Shown: one piece after another, positions 8,585-18,555 of the stretch | How positions within the stretch are numbered: the first letter of the stretch is position 1 | How the letters are laid out: every line of letters begins with the position of its first letter | Source: Patescibacteria group bacterium | GTDB lineage: Bacteria > Patescibacteriota > Patescibacteriia > Patescibacteriales > WJLG01 | DNA length: 64,000 nucleotides | NCBI GenBank assembly: GCA_028707065.1 | Contig: JAQTUZ010000006.1 | Span: 7,367-71,366, forward strand | Reading direction: 5' to 3' | Made by a program: the position numbers and the translations under genes | Notes under the pieces: model-generated | The model's input: the letters and a program-made list of their open reading frames with translations, nothing else | What the model was told of the DNA's origin: nothing | Databases searched by the model: none

Positions 8585-9475
8585 CTATTCCTTATTGGAA
8601 AATTTTTCATCAAACTCTTGCCGCTCCTTGATTATCTCCTCGATTAAATTCCGGTCCAGCTCGACGCTTTCCTGCCTGTCCCCTATTTTATAATTAACGA
8701 TTATTTTTTGCTCCGGTCCGCGATTGATTATCTCGACGCGGATGCTTTCCGTTTCCTTGGAGCCGTTGCCCAGACCTTTTTGGAATTCTCTTCTTTTCTC
8801 CACGCCGAATTTTTTCTCCAAGACTTTGGCGACAAAACATTCAAAAATGCCCTGGTGAGTAGCAAGATATCTTTCCAGCTGATTCCCGAATTTTTCATAC
8901 TTATCGGTTCGCGCGGCAAGCCGATTAAAATTATTTCCGACTTGGGCGTAGCGGTCGATAATTTCGGCAACATTACCGGCTTGACGCAAATAAGTCGAGG
9001 ATGTCTTGTCCCCTAGTTCCAGCGCGCGCTGATCACTTTTTTCAAAGATATTTTCCAAATACTCCCCTTTCTTAAAAGCATCCATCGCCTCCACGCCGGC
9101 TGGTCCGCTTAAATCAAAATTTAACCGATCATCGACAATAACTTTTTTCCCATATTTCTGCTCTTGGGCGATCATCGCTTCTATTTCCTCCAAAGACTGA
9201 TAAGGGTTGATATGCTCGGGAAGCATCGAGCGCAGAGCAGTTTCATGAGTTCTCTTCCGTGAACTTCCCCAAGCCAAAGACACTTCGGGCTGGGCTTGCA
9301 GCCTTTCGCCTTTCAGATTCGCCAAATCCCGGCCCGCTTGCGATAACCTGATTTCCGCATCCGGTTTTTCCGGAGCTTTTTCCTTAATGCTATGGCGCAT
9401 AATTTCTAAAACTACTCTGGTCTCGACCTGCCTTTCTCCTTCAAAATTGATTCCTTCGCCGTTTTGTTTGAACAT
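8585..9475 (-). CDS. Histidine phosphatase superfamily-like protein; last gene of the island
   Basis: VVLEIMRHSIKEK (RH motif), SQAGRDLA, RKRTHETA, YLATHQGIFE (second His). Paralogous in layout to 27607..28482. Confidence 0.55.
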   Translation of the reverse strand: MFKQNGEGINFEGERQVETRVVLEIMRHSIKEKAPEKPDAEIRLSQAGRDLANLKGERLQAQPEVSLAWGSSRKRTHETALRSMLPEHINPYQSLEEIEAMIAQEQKYGKKVIVDDRLNFDLSGPAGVEAMDAFKKGEYLENIFEKSDQRALELGDKTSSTYLRQAGNVAEIIDRYAQVGNNFNRLAARTDKYEKFGNQLERYLATHQGIFECFVAKVLEKKFGVEKRREFQKGLGNGSKETESIRVEIINRGPEQKIIVNYKIGDRQESVELDRNLIEEIIKERQEFDEKFSNKE

Positions 9476-9497
9476 AAATTTACTATTAAAATTATAA

Positions 9498-10517
9498 CTA
9501 TTTTATTATTTCCACAATCCCCCGATTAGCATCAACAATAACCACGTCCCCGTCGCGCAAAACTTTCGTGGCGATCTTGGTGCCGATGACGCAGGGCTTT
9601 TTCATTTCCCGGGCAATGATGGCCGCGTGGCAGGTAACCCCTCCTTCATCGGTGACAAAGGCGGCGGCCAGCTTCATGGCCGGAACAAAATCCGGCGTAG
9701 TCATGAAAGAAACGATAACTTCGCCTTTTTTAAATTCATTAATCTGATCCTTTCTTCTTAAAATTCTGACCACACCCCTGACATTGCCGCCAAAACCGGT
9801 TTGGCCCTTGATGATTTTCAGATTCTTATCAACTTTATCGATTTTAATAATATAATTTTTATTCTTTCGGGCAAATTCTTTCAAGCTGATCAGCGCGGCA
9901 TATTTTTCTCCGACCACGACCATATTCTTGCGCCGCCGCGCTAATTTTTTAAGCGAGGGCGGTTTTGAAATCTCCCGGCGCAAAATCAAATTTTCATAGC
10001 CTTTTAATTCCGGATGCAAATAGATCAAGCTATTCCGGATCAATCGATCGCTTTTTTCGAAATAAACGTCGGTTTCACGCACCGCTAAAGCCAGCTTTCG
10101 TAAATTTTTCGGCGTCCGCTCGTCCACGGCCGATAAATAATAAATTGTAAAAACCAAAACATCTTCAAAAAATCTATCTACATAGCTTTTCAACGCCGCG
10201 GAACTCTTCAACGCCGATTTTTGCCATTGTTTTTCAAAATATTTTAAATTTTTTTGATGCCGCTTAATAAAGCCCACTAAAAAATTCTTATCTTTTTTAT
10301 TGATGGCAAGCAATTTGTCAGTCGCCTCTTTCAGCGCTTCGGGACTTTCCCAAATCTCCACCGCCCCATCATTAATATAATCAAACATCGGCGGATTAAT
10401 CGGTTTTTTAATACCCAAAAATTTCCGCGGCGCCTTAGCCAATGCCTCATACCAGCCTTGCTGCGTAACCAAAGCCGAATCGCGCGTTAAACTTTTTTCA
10501 AAATGTATTTTTTTCAT
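9498..10517 (-). CDS. Phosphohistidine swivel-domain protein, short class (339 aa)
   Basis: C-terminus GEVIVSFMTTPDFVPAMKLAAAFVTDEGGVTCHAAIIAREMKKPCVIGTKIATKVLRDGD matches the PEP-utilizing enzyme mobile domain (PF00391-type) with its catalytic His. Confidence 0.85.
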   Translation of the reverse strand: MKKIHFEKSLTRDSALVTQQGWYEALAKAPRKFLGIKKPINPPMFDYINDGAVEIWESPEALKEATDKLLAINKKDKNFLVGFIKRHQKNLKYFEKQWQKSALKSSAALKSYVDRFFEDVLVFTIYYLSAVDERTPKNLRKLALAVRETDVYFEKSDRLIRNSLIYLHPELKGYENLILRREISKPPSLKKLARRRKNMVVVGEKYAALISLKEFARKNKNYIIKIDKVDKNLKIIKGQTGFGGNVRGVVRILRRKDQINEFKKGEVIVSFMTTPDFVPAMKLAAAFVTDEGGVTCHAAIIAREMKKPCVIGTKIATKVLRDGDVVIVDANRGIVEIIK

Positions 10518-10521
10518 AATT

Positions 10522-12030
10522 CTATGTTCTTTTAATTATCCTTACCCAGCCATGATTAGCATTCACTTCGACTTGGTCGCCATCATGCAAAACTTTGGTA
10601 GCGATCTTCGTGCCGATGATGCAGGGAATCCCCAGCTCGCGGGAAACGATTGCCGCATGGCAAGTTACTCCGCCTTCGTCAGTGACGATCGCCGCGGCCT
10701 TTTTCATCGCCGGAATATAATCGGGCCGGGTCATTACGGCAACCAATATATCTCCCTTATTTATTTTGCCAATCTCTTTGGCGCTTTTCAATATTTTTAC
10801 CGGGCCAGTTGCTTTGCCGGTGGAGGCGGACAAGCCGCGGAAATCATCGACCGCCGTCAGCTTGATACTACCCAAGATCACTTTCTTCACCTGATCGGCT
10901 TCCCGACCGCTCAATATTTCAAACCCTTCTTTATCAAAATAAATCACGCTGTTCTTTTCTCTGGCCTTTAAAAATTTCTTATTAGGTTTAGCTTGAAAAA
11001 TTCGTGAAAGCTCCGGCGGAGTAAAATATTTTATATCCGCCAAAGAAATGTCGATGCGGCGGCAAATCTCCGCCAAGATCAAACTGAAATAATGAATCGT
11101 CCAATAAGTTGATTTTTTGCGCTCATCCTGCCAATAAGTGAAATCCTCGGAAATTTTCAATAAATCTTTCAACTCGCCTTTTATTTTTAAAATTTTCATC
11201 AGCCGGCTTTTGTTTTTCTTGTTTTTCGCGGGCAATTCTTCGATCCGTTTAATTTCCTGGCTTAAATCTAGTTTAGCCGCTAATAATTTCTCGACCTCCT
11301 GCTTAAAATGATTGACGCTTAAGACATAGGAATCAACGTAATTATTTCGGGTCCAAAAATACTTTTTCTGATATGCCTTTAATAATTCACCGGCATTTTT
11401 CCGGTATTTTTTTATCTGCCAAGCCATCTTCATCAACTCGACCTCGGCCTCATTGATAAAAGAGAGATGCGTCGGCGCCGTCAGCGCGGAAAAAACTTCA
11501 GTGAACCTTTCTCTATCTTTTATTTTAGATTTATCATAAATTTTCCTGATCTGGTCGGCGATCAATTGATCGGTGCCCAAAGCAAAACCGTCGATCAAAG
11601 AACTGGAGCTGAAACGATTATAGGAAATTTGCGCAAAATCGTCATGCAGCTTGATCAATTCTTGATCGCTTAATTTTTTCAGATTAGTTTTTTCAACCGC
11701 TAAACATTTGTCATCAAACAAATCTTCATCTTTTTTCCAGAGCTTGATGAAATCGGCGCTTAAATTGGGATTTTTCTTGGCTGCTTTGATGATCGAGGTA
11801 TAGACTTTTTTGATATCTTCCATTTCAATATACCAGTCAGCCTTGCCCTGATCGAAAAAACAATAATGAACGGTAAAATCGCCGCCCATTTTTCTCTTGG
11901 TGTGCGTATCGATCTCGGCCGCGCCGATGAAATACATAAAATACGGCGAGCCGTCGAACCGCTGATGGTACCATTCTTTGCCCTGCCATTTTTTCAATTT
12001 TCTCTTGATCAACCCCTTAACGTACTTCAT
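10522..12030 (-). CDS. Phosphohistidine swivel-domain protein, long class (502 aa)
   Basis: C-terminus VTDEGGVTCHAAIVSRELGIPCIIGT. N-domain motifs LTAPTHLSFINEAEVEL, KKYFWTRNNY, YWQDERK shared with the other long paralogs. Confidence 0.85.
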   Translation of the reverse strand: MKYVKGLIKRKLKKWQGKEWYHQRFDGSPYFMYFIGAAEIDTHTKRKMGGDFTVHYCFFDQGKADWYIEMEDIKKVYTSIIKAAKKNPNLSADFIKLWKKDEDLFDDKCLAVEKTNLKKLSDQELIKLHDDFAQISYNRFSSSSLIDGFALGTDQLIADQIRKIYDKSKIKDRERFTEVFSALTAPTHLSFINEAEVELMKMAWQIKKYRKNAGELLKAYQKKYFWTRNNYVDSYVLSVNHFKQEVEKLLAAKLDLSQEIKRIEELPAKNKKNKSRLMKILKIKGELKDLLKISEDFTYWQDERKKSTYWTIHYFSLILAEICRRIDISLADIKYFTPPELSRIFQAKPNKKFLKAREKNSVIYFDKEGFEILSGREADQVKKVILGSIKLTAVDDFRGLSASTGKATGPVKILKSAKEIGKINKGDILVAVMTRPDYIPAMKKAAAIVTDEGGVTCHAAIVSRELGIPCIIGTKIATKVLHDGDQVEVNANHGWVRIIKRT

Positions 12031-12035
12031 ATATT

Positions 12036-13109
12036 TTATGATTTGATTATTTTTACAACCCCCTTATCCGCATCGACTTCCACCAGGTCGCCGTCGCGCA
12101 AAACTTTGGTGGCGATTTTGGTGCTCATCACCGCCGGAATTTTAAATTCCCGGGCAATGACCGCGACGTGGGACAAAATCCCGCCTTCATCGGTAATTAT
12201 CGCCAAAAATTTCCGCAACAGCGGAGTGTCTTGCGGCCGGGTGATATTGGTCACCAAAATCTGTCCCGGCTTGACGCTTTTGACGCCATGAAAAGATTTA
12301 TAGACCCGGCCCCTGACTTTTCCGGGATAAGCAGTCGTGCCTTTGATAAGATTAACCTTAAAATTGTCAGGCCAAAAATGCCGGCGCAGAACGGCAATAT
12401 CTCTTTGGTCACTTCCCGACATATCCTCATTATTATAAAACAAATAAACATACCCTGATCTCCTTTTCGCCAACTCCGCTAATTTTATTCGCGACAATTT
12501 TTTTGCTTTCAGGAATGTTTGAAATTCTTTCAAGGTTAAATATCTTAATAAATCTCCGTCAAAACTCAAAACTTTTCCGATTTGATCAACGCCTTTGATG
12601 ATCAGCGGCTCAATTTCCGGATAAATAAGGTTAGCGACCGCGTCCCTGTCTTTGGCGATCGAATCGGCCAGCTTGCCCATTTTTTTCGCTCGCTCCGGAT
12701 CATCTTTAACATATCTCATGATCGAATTGTAAAAGCCGATCGAGCAGAGAACTTCCGGGTAAACCTTCGTTATCATTTCCAGAGTTTTAAAATAATCTTT
12801 TTTTCTCTTTTCCCTGACAATGGCGAGTTTATTTTTCCGGAAGCGGATTTTAAATTTATTATTTAAGCCGGCTAAAGCGGAAATTTTCACCTTCCGGTTG
12901 AATAATTTCCCCACTTTATTTTCATTAATTAAAAAATTCACCCGATTGCTTTCGCCGATACTGCCGATCGTTCCGTAAGAATAGCCGGCCATTTCTTGAA
13001 GAAGTTTGGTGTAGCCCAAAAACAGGCAGCTAACCGAAAATAGCGGCAGTTTTCTGGAACTGGCGTGAACCAATCCCGCAGCTTGAATGATTTTTAGATA
13101 TTTATTCAT
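12036..13109 (-). CDS. Phosphohistidine swivel-domain protein, short class (357 aa), most diverged swivel
   Basis: C-terminus ITDEGGILSHVAVIAREFKIPAVMSTKIATKVLRDGDLVEVD. Confidence 0.8.
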   Translation of the reverse strand: MNKYLKIIQAAGLVHASSRKLPLFSVSCLFLGYTKLLQEMAGYSYGTIGSIGESNRVNFLINENKVGKLFNRKVKISALAGLNNKFKIRFRKNKLAIVREKRKKDYFKTLEMITKVYPEVLCSIGFYNSIMRYVKDDPERAKKMGKLADSIAKDRDAVANLIYPEIEPLIIKGVDQIGKVLSFDGDLLRYLTLKEFQTFLKAKKLSRIKLAELAKRRSGYVYLFYNNEDMSGSDQRDIAVLRRHFWPDNFKVNLIKGTTAYPGKVRGRVYKSFHGVKSVKPGQILVTNITRPQDTPLLRKFLAIITDEGGILSHVAVIAREFKIPAVMSTKIATKVLRDGDLVEVDADKGVVKIIKS

Positions 13110-13111
13110 CT

Positions 13112-14584
13112 TTAATTATTTAATTTGATGACGACGCCACGCTCCGCGTCGACCTCCACCAAATCGCCGTCGCGCAGAACTTTGGTGGCGATTTTCGTAC
13201 CGATAATGCAGGGCTTTTTCAGTTCACGGGAGACGATCGCGGCATGAGCCGTGATTCCGCCTTTGTCGGTGATGATCGCTCCGCATTTTTTCATGGCCGG
13301 CAAAAGATTGGGGTTGGTGGCCGGTGAAACCAAAATATCGCCGTCTTCGACTTTTGCCATATCGGCGGAGTTGATGACCAATTTAACTATGCCTCTTACC
13401 TTGCCGCGATAAGCGCACTCGCCTTTGAATTCCCCGACTCCCGTAATCTTTTTTTCCGGCATCACATATTTTTTTACAAAAGCTTTGGCTGGTTGGCCGA
13501 CGTATAATTTTAATTTTTTATCGCCCACCCATATTACCGAATATTTGATCCTTTCATTCAATTCTCCTTCGCTATATTTCCTTTCCACCAGCGCGCGCCT
13601 CATTTCATCGGGCATTATATGCTTAACCTGGATCGGAGTAAGCAAAAGCCGGCGGCCGATCTCGCGGATAAGCTTATCCAAATGATAATGAGATTGGTAC
13701 AAAACGTCTTTGCGGTAATCTTTGGCATACATCACTTCTCTGGCCAAATTAAATAAAAAATAATAATCTTTATCCTTATCCAATCCAAATTCTTTGATAA
13801 TTTTATGGCGCTGGGCTTCAAGCTCGATTTTCTGCCGCTCCATCTCTTCCAGTCGGGCGGTAAAATCAAAATTCTCGCCAAGCATCCCGTTTAATCGGCC
13901 GGAAAAATATTTTTTATCCCAAGCCGGGCCGTCATAGCCGAAAGGGATATAACAATATTTTTGATAGTGCCGATTCAATTCCGGCTCGATCGATTTAACT
14001 CCTTTTTCTTTTGCCTTAAGCCCCAGGCGCAACAGCCCGATCTCTTCTTTAACTCTGGCCGAATCCTTGATAGGAGTGATAAGAATGTTCAAATAATTTT
14101 CCAATCGGCCTTGGTGATTTTTGATTTTTCCGGCTAAATATTTTTTTAATAAATTCGTAAAATAATATTCTGTTCCTTCCAGGGCATTAGGAAACCAGCC
14201 GTAAGCGTAGGTTGTTACGTATTTTTTCCGATAGATTAAATATAGTTTTAATAGCTCTCGATCGGTTTTTTTAGCAAGCTCGGCCCGATAAACTCCCTGG
14301 GTAAACTTTATCAAATCGGCGCAATGAATATAAATATCGGCGGTGGCTCTTTCGGACCATCCGCTATCAGCCAAAACTTTTTTTACGGTCCCCGGCGCGA
14401 TAAAATTAAACCTGGCCGGGTCAATCGCCACCCGATTGGTGCGATCGGCAAATTCCTGAATCTGGCCGGTCTTGGCCCAGGGATAAAGCTTCTTTAATTT
14501 AAAAGCGAACATTTCGCCCAAAAGGCAAAACGGCCAAAGACAAACTTCCGGGTTAACTACGGAAAATTTAAACTTCCTTTTCAT
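13112..14584 (-). CDS. Phosphohistidine swivel-domain protein, long class (490 aa)
   Basis: C-terminus ITDKGGITAHAAIVSRELKKPCIIGT; N-domain LITPIKDSARVKEEIGLL, QKYCYIPFGY, AKDYRKD. Confidence 0.85.
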   Translation of the reverse strand: MKRKFKFSVVNPEVCLWPFCLLGEMFAFKLKKLYPWAKTGQIQEFADRTNRVAIDPARFNFIAPGTVKKVLADSGWSERATADIYIHCADLIKFTQGVYRAELAKKTDRELLKLYLIYRKKYVTTYAYGWFPNALEGTEYYFTNLLKKYLAGKIKNHQGRLENYLNILITPIKDSARVKEEIGLLRLGLKAKEKGVKSIEPELNRHYQKYCYIPFGYDGPAWDKKYFSGRLNGMLGENFDFTARLEEMERQKIELEAQRHKIIKEFGLDKDKDYYFLFNLAREVMYAKDYRKDVLYQSHYHLDKLIREIGRRLLLTPIQVKHIMPDEMRRALVERKYSEGELNERIKYSVIWVGDKKLKLYVGQPAKAFVKKYVMPEKKITGVGEFKGECAYRGKVRGIVKLVINSADMAKVEDGDILVSPATNPNLLPAMKKCGAIITDKGGITAHAAIVSRELKKPCIIGTKIATKVLRDGDLVEVDAERGVVIKLNN

Positions 14585-14595
14585 TTTACTTGAGT

Positions 14596-15435
14596 TTAGA
14601 CTCTCTTAAAAACCATCAAATATAAATATTTGAAAAATCGATGCGGCCGGTCATGAAATTTTTCAACTAATTCAAACCCTTGCCGTTCAACTAACTTAAT
14701 AAACTTATTTTCCGGATAAACCGTATTGATAACTTTGTTGCGAAACAAATTTATTCGGTCATATTCCTTCTTGCTCAAAACGGATTGCTGGCATAGACCA
14801 TCTATCATCTTAAAAGCCTTAGCGTTATCGCTTTGGAAAGTTTTGCTATTATAAACTTGCTTTTTATAAACCAAATATCTCAATTCCATATACATATCAA
14901 CCCAGCTTAATTTCTTTTTACGGAAATCTTCAACGACCATTTTGGCATTTTTATAAGTTTTAAACTTCGCCGTAAAAACAACTTGGCGCAACACCAAATA
15001 ACCGCCCACGGGCAGCAGGCTGGAACAAACTTTGATTAACTTTTCGTTTTCTCTTCTCGCGGCTAAATTATTTAACGCTCCATCCCCCATGATTACGCCA
15101 AAACTTTTGGCGGGAAAATCCATGGTCAGCCAATTGCCAATAACCTTTTTGTCCAAGGGGTTATTTTTTTTCTCCATCAATCCTGAAAATTTTTTCATCA
15201 TCGTTCGGCTAACGTCAACGGCCACGCTCTCAAGACCGGCCGCGATCGCGCCATCTCTTAATTCCGGCGTTGCTCCCAAAGTCAAAGCTCTCTTGGGCAA
15301 AGTTCTATCTTTTGCCGCGCGAGCCAGATATTTCTGATAAACCGCCAATTCATTTCCCGAGGGCGCGAAAGGCGGGATGCGGTTTTTCTTTTTTCCTCTT
15401 TTGGCGGCTATTTTCCAGCCTTGAATTTTTGACAT
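14596..15435 (-). CDS. Class I SAM-dependent methyltransferase-like protein (paralog 1 of 5)
   Basis: LTLGATPELRD (atypical motif I), VAVDVS, GVIMGDGALNN, LLPVGGYLV (motif III-like). Confidence 0.65.
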   Translation of the reverse strand: MSKIQGWKIAAKRGKKKNRIPPFAPSGNELAVYQKYLARAAKDRTLPKRALTLGATPELRDGAIAAGLESVAVDVSRTMMKKFSGLMEKKNNPLDKKVIGNWLTMDFPAKSFGVIMGDGALNNLAARRENEKLIKVCSSLLPVGGYLVLRQVVFTAKFKTYKNAKMVVEDFRKKKLSWVDMYMELRYLVYKKQVYNSKTFQSDNAKAFKMIDGLCQQSVLSKKEYDRINLFRNKVINTVYPENKFIKLVERQGFELVEKFHDRPHRFFKYLYLMVFKRV

Positions 15436-15437
15436 AA

Positions 15438-16295
15438 TTATTTTTTAGCCCGGCCGAAGAAAAAAAGCATCGTGTCTTTAGAAAAATTAAAGTCACTGGT
15501 GCCTTCGACCGCAATTAATTCAAAATATTTTTTAAACATCTCTTCAAAGATCGGGCGGGAAACAAAAGTATGTTTGATCTTCCCGCGCAGGTTTCCCAGA
15601 TCATTATAAAGCTTATCATCCAGCCGGCCTTGTTGATGCGCCGCGTCAATTTCTTCATAAAATTTACCCATCTCATAAGCAAATTCGCCGCTCTTGGCCT
15701 TGGCGGAAATATCGCTATAGAGGCGCAAATCAATATAAGCGTCAAACCAATGAATATTGCCGGCGGCATAACCCTGATCAATCTCTTCGACTTTTTCAAT
15801 CTCTCTTTGCGGGTTAAAAATTACTTCCCGCAAAATTACACAACCACCCTTCTTTAATAACCTATTTATTTCGGCAAAAAATTTATCATGGTCCTTGAAA
15901 GCGATGTTATTTTCCACGCCGTCGCCGAGAATCAAATCAAAAGAATCGCCGGGTAAGCCGCTTTGGAGCCAATCGCCGACGACGATCTTTTCCTTGGGGC
16001 TATTGGCATATTCCATCAACGGCGCGGTCTTGGTTATCATATCCGGACTGATATCGATCATGGTCAAATCTCCGCCTCTTTTAAAGACCATGTCCCGCGT
16101 CTCGGGGGTAACGCCAAAAACGCAGGCTTGAAAATTTTTCTTGCCCGCAAGCGCTTGGTCCAAAAGCTCCTCATATTTTTTTAAGATTCCCGGGCCGGCC
16201 GAAGGCGCGGCCATATACTTGCTCCGGCTCTTCGTCCTCTGATCGGCCGTTTTGTCCCTCCATTCTTCTTTTTTTATTTCAGAATGCGTTTTCAT
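15438..16295 (-). CDS. Class I SAM-dependent methyltransferase-like protein (paralog 2 of 5)
   Basis: VFGVTPETRD, LTMIDIS, DLILGDGVENN, LLKKGGCVIL. Confidence 0.65.
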   Translation of the reverse strand: MKTHSEIKKEEWRDKTADQRTKSRSKYMAAPSAGPGILKKYEELLDQALAGKKNFQACVFGVTPETRDMVFKRGGDLTMIDISPDMITKTAPLMEYANSPKEKIVVGDWLQSGLPGDSFDLILGDGVENNIAFKDHDKFFAEINRLLKKGGCVILREVIFNPQREIEKVEEIDQGYAAGNIHWFDAYIDLRLYSDISAKAKSGEFAYEMGKFYEEIDAAHQQGRLDDKLYNDLGNLRGKIKHTFVSRPIFEEMFKKYFELIAVEGTSDFNFSKDTMLFFFGRAKK

Positions 16296-16304
16296 AAAAT
16301 AATA

Positions 16305-17174
16305 TTATTTTTTAACTTGGCAGGACCAGATCGGTACGATCTTGGCCGCTTCCGGCCAAAAAACGTCAGTAAAAAAACCTTTTTCTTTGATAGTAAAATA
16401 ACGGGAAACTAATTTTGCGACATCTTTTTCAAGATCGGCCACCCAGGCTTTTTTCATCGGTTTCCAGGTTTCCCACATAAAATTCAAAATATATTCCATC
16501 TTGGGATTAGGGTGGACGAATTTATTTTTTTGCCAATATTTTTTTATTCCCCTGTTGAGGGTTGCCATATTTAGCAGCTTATTCTTGGCGTTGGGAATGA
16601 TCAAATATGAAGCATAGAGCATTTCCATGGCCGAATTATCATGTTTCGGTAAATTTTTTTCACATTCCTCCAAAAATTTTTCTATAGTAATTGGTTTATA
16701 TTTATCAGGCAAAACATAAAAACGGCTCACAAAATAACCGCCCGGCTTAAGCATCCGGGCTACGCCGCGCAAAAGATCATTTTGTTTCTCTCTGGGGATA
16801 TTGGCTAAAACAATATCGCCGACAATTACGTCGAAATAACCAGCGGCTAAAGGATTATCAATCCAGTCGCTGATCACTATTTTTTCTTTGGCCTCTTTAT
16901 ATTTCCTTAAACCGTTCATTGCCTTGACCATCACCTCGATCGCGTCAATAATGGTTACCTCGCATTTCAATTCATAAAGCAAGTCGCGCAATTCCGGAGT
17001 CGCGCCCATAACCAAAGCTCTTGGTTTCTTCTTTCCCCTGACCGCTTGTTTAATAAATTTTTTATACGCCGCCAAATCGCCTTTGGTGGGGCGGCCGGGG
17101 TTAGTGTTATATTTTTCCCAGCGCTCGGCCATCAATTGCCACGGTTCTTTGTAAATCAATTTTTGTTTAGCCAT
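16305..17174 (-). CDS. Class I SAM-dependent methyltransferase-like protein (paralog 3 of 5)
   Basis: ALVMGATPELRD, VTIIDAI, DVIVGDIVLAN, MLKPGGYFV. Start moved to ATG 17174 (MAKQKLIYKEPW), because the track start at 17285 would overlap the upstream gene by about 100 nt. Confidence 0.65.
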   Translation of the reverse strand: MAKQKLIYKEPWQLMAERWEKYNTNPGRPTKGDLAAYKKFIKQAVRGKKKPRALVMGATPELRDLLYELKCEVTIIDAIEVMVKAMNGLRKYKEAKEKIVISDWIDNPLAAGYFDVIVGDIVLANIPREKQNDLLRGVARMLKPGGYFVSRFYVLPDKYKPITIEKFLEECEKNLPKHDNSAMEMLYASYLIIPNAKNKLLNMATLNRGIKKYWQKNKFVHPNPKMEYILNFMWETWKPMKKAWVADLEKDVAKLVSRYFTIKEKGFFTDVFWPEAAKIVPIWSCQVKK

Positions 17175-17179
17175 ATTTT

Positions 17180-18538
17180 TTATTCCAATGCTTTTTTCAA
17201 ACTCGCCGCCACTGTCTCGGCCTCGCCGCCAATTTCGATTCCGGCCGAGATGCGCACGGTTTTTTCCGACAAAGGCGTTAACCAAGTTTCATTATGGCCA
17301 AAACCCACGCCGATCTTGATTTTTCCTTGCGCATTGGCAAAAGCGCGGCGGGCAAATTCGTCAGCCGAAATATCTTTCAATTCGAGATAAAAAACCGTAA
17401 CGATCCCTTGCGGCGCAAAACTGTCAGCCAATTCTTTGTCCGGATGTCCGGCCAAATTCGGATGATAAGCGATCGCTTTGCCGGTATCGTTCAATTCCTT
17501 GGCCAAACCCAAAGCGTTCTTGGCATGCAAATCCATCCGCTCTTTCATTATTGCCAAAGAATCGGGAGGAATTTCTTTTAAGCTGGAAGGTTGCAAATAG
17601 GTTCCCAATCTGGTTCTTTCTTTCTTGATTGCCTTGATCTTCTCCGGATTTTTGGAATAGGCCAGACCCATCGTGATCTTATCAGCGCCGGATTGATAGT
17701 GCTTGGTGCCGCTTTCCACGACTACCATATTAGTGACCATCTCGCCCTTGGTCTCGCCCAGCGCGTCATAAAGTTTGGCGGAAGGCAAAGTATTATCAAT
17801 GATCAAGTTTAACCGGTCGCGCTCATTGTTGCCCACGTATTTAACCATATCCGCCAGATCTTTGATGATTTCTTTTCTCTCCCCGGGGATTTTGCCTTCG
17901 ACTTTTCTTACTGCTTCGCGCAAGCAAAAATAATTACTGGTCTCTTGAAATTCATTAATCGCCGCCAAAATGATTTTTTTTTCTTCTTCTCCCAGGTCGG
18001 CGTATTTGTCCGAAAATTTTGCCGTCGCCAATCTTTTGTCCAAAAGCGCGGCGGGCGTATTTTCAGTTTGGTATTTTTTATTCGCTGCTTCGGCGGCCGG
18101 AATTATTTTTCCCAGATCAGCCATTCTCATTTCTTTGGCATTGGCCACGCTTTCCAAAATTATCGCGCTCGGCTGCAACTCCTCGATTTTTTTGATGATT
18201 CCCGCCGTATCTTCCGGTTTGATGATCTCGACTTTAACGCCCCGTTTTTTCAAGTCTTCGAATAAACCGGCGGTAGCGCTATAAACTTTATCACTGGCTA
18301 AAACTACTTCACCGGCCCGCAATTCTTCCGCCTCGATGGCGGTATGGATCGCCGCCATGCCGGCATTAAAAACCGCCGCGTCAGCGGCCCCGGTTTCCGC
18401 CGCGATCTCTTTTTCAAATTCTCTTAATTCTCCATAGCCGGAACGCGCGTAAACATCAGCACCTTGCCCGGCGCGATGTTTGGCAAATTCTTCGTTCCAT
18501 GATTCCGGACTATGCGGCGTGGAAATTTTCTCCGACAT
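17180..18538 (-). CDS. Cys/Met-metabolism-type PLP-dependent enzyme (452 aa)
   Basis: ELREFEKEIAAETGAADAAVFNAGMAAIHTAI...VVLASDKVYSAT resembles the cystathionine synthase/lyase fold. Candidate PLP lysine in VVESGTKHYQSG. An extra insert of about 90 aa lies after the N-terminal domain. Confidence 0.65.
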   Translation of the reverse strand: MSEKISTPHSPESWNEEFAKHRAGQGADVYARSGYGELREFEKEIAAETGAADAAVFNAGMAAIHTAIEAEELRAGEVVLASDKVYSATAGLFEDLKKRGVKVEIIKPEDTAGIIKKIEELQPSAIILESVANAKEMRMADLGKIIPAAEAANKKYQTENTPAALLDKRLATAKFSDKYADLGEEEKKIILAAINEFQETSNYFCLREAVRKVEGKIPGERKEIIKDLADMVKYVGNNERDRLNLIIDNTLPSAKLYDALGETKGEMVTNMVVVESGTKHYQSGADKITMGLAYSKNPEKIKAIKKERTRLGTYLQPSSLKEIPPDSLAIMKERMDLHAKNALGLAKELNDTGKAIAYHPNLAGHPDKELADSFAPQGIVTVFYLELKDISADEFARRAFANAQGKIKIGVGFGHNETWLTPLSEKTVRISAGIEIGGEAETVAASLKKALE

Positions 18539-18555
18539 ATATTTAAAATTAAAAA

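Noticed and set aside
17046-17390. + strand ORF spanning the methyltransferase/PLP gene junction, and the track's 17285 start for the methyltransferase
   Set aside because: The ORF is antisense to two well-supported genes. The extended methyltransferase N-terminus (MVNAFVGKNRAHLGRNRNWRRG...) overlaps the upstream gene and looks non-coding, so ATG 17174 was used instead.
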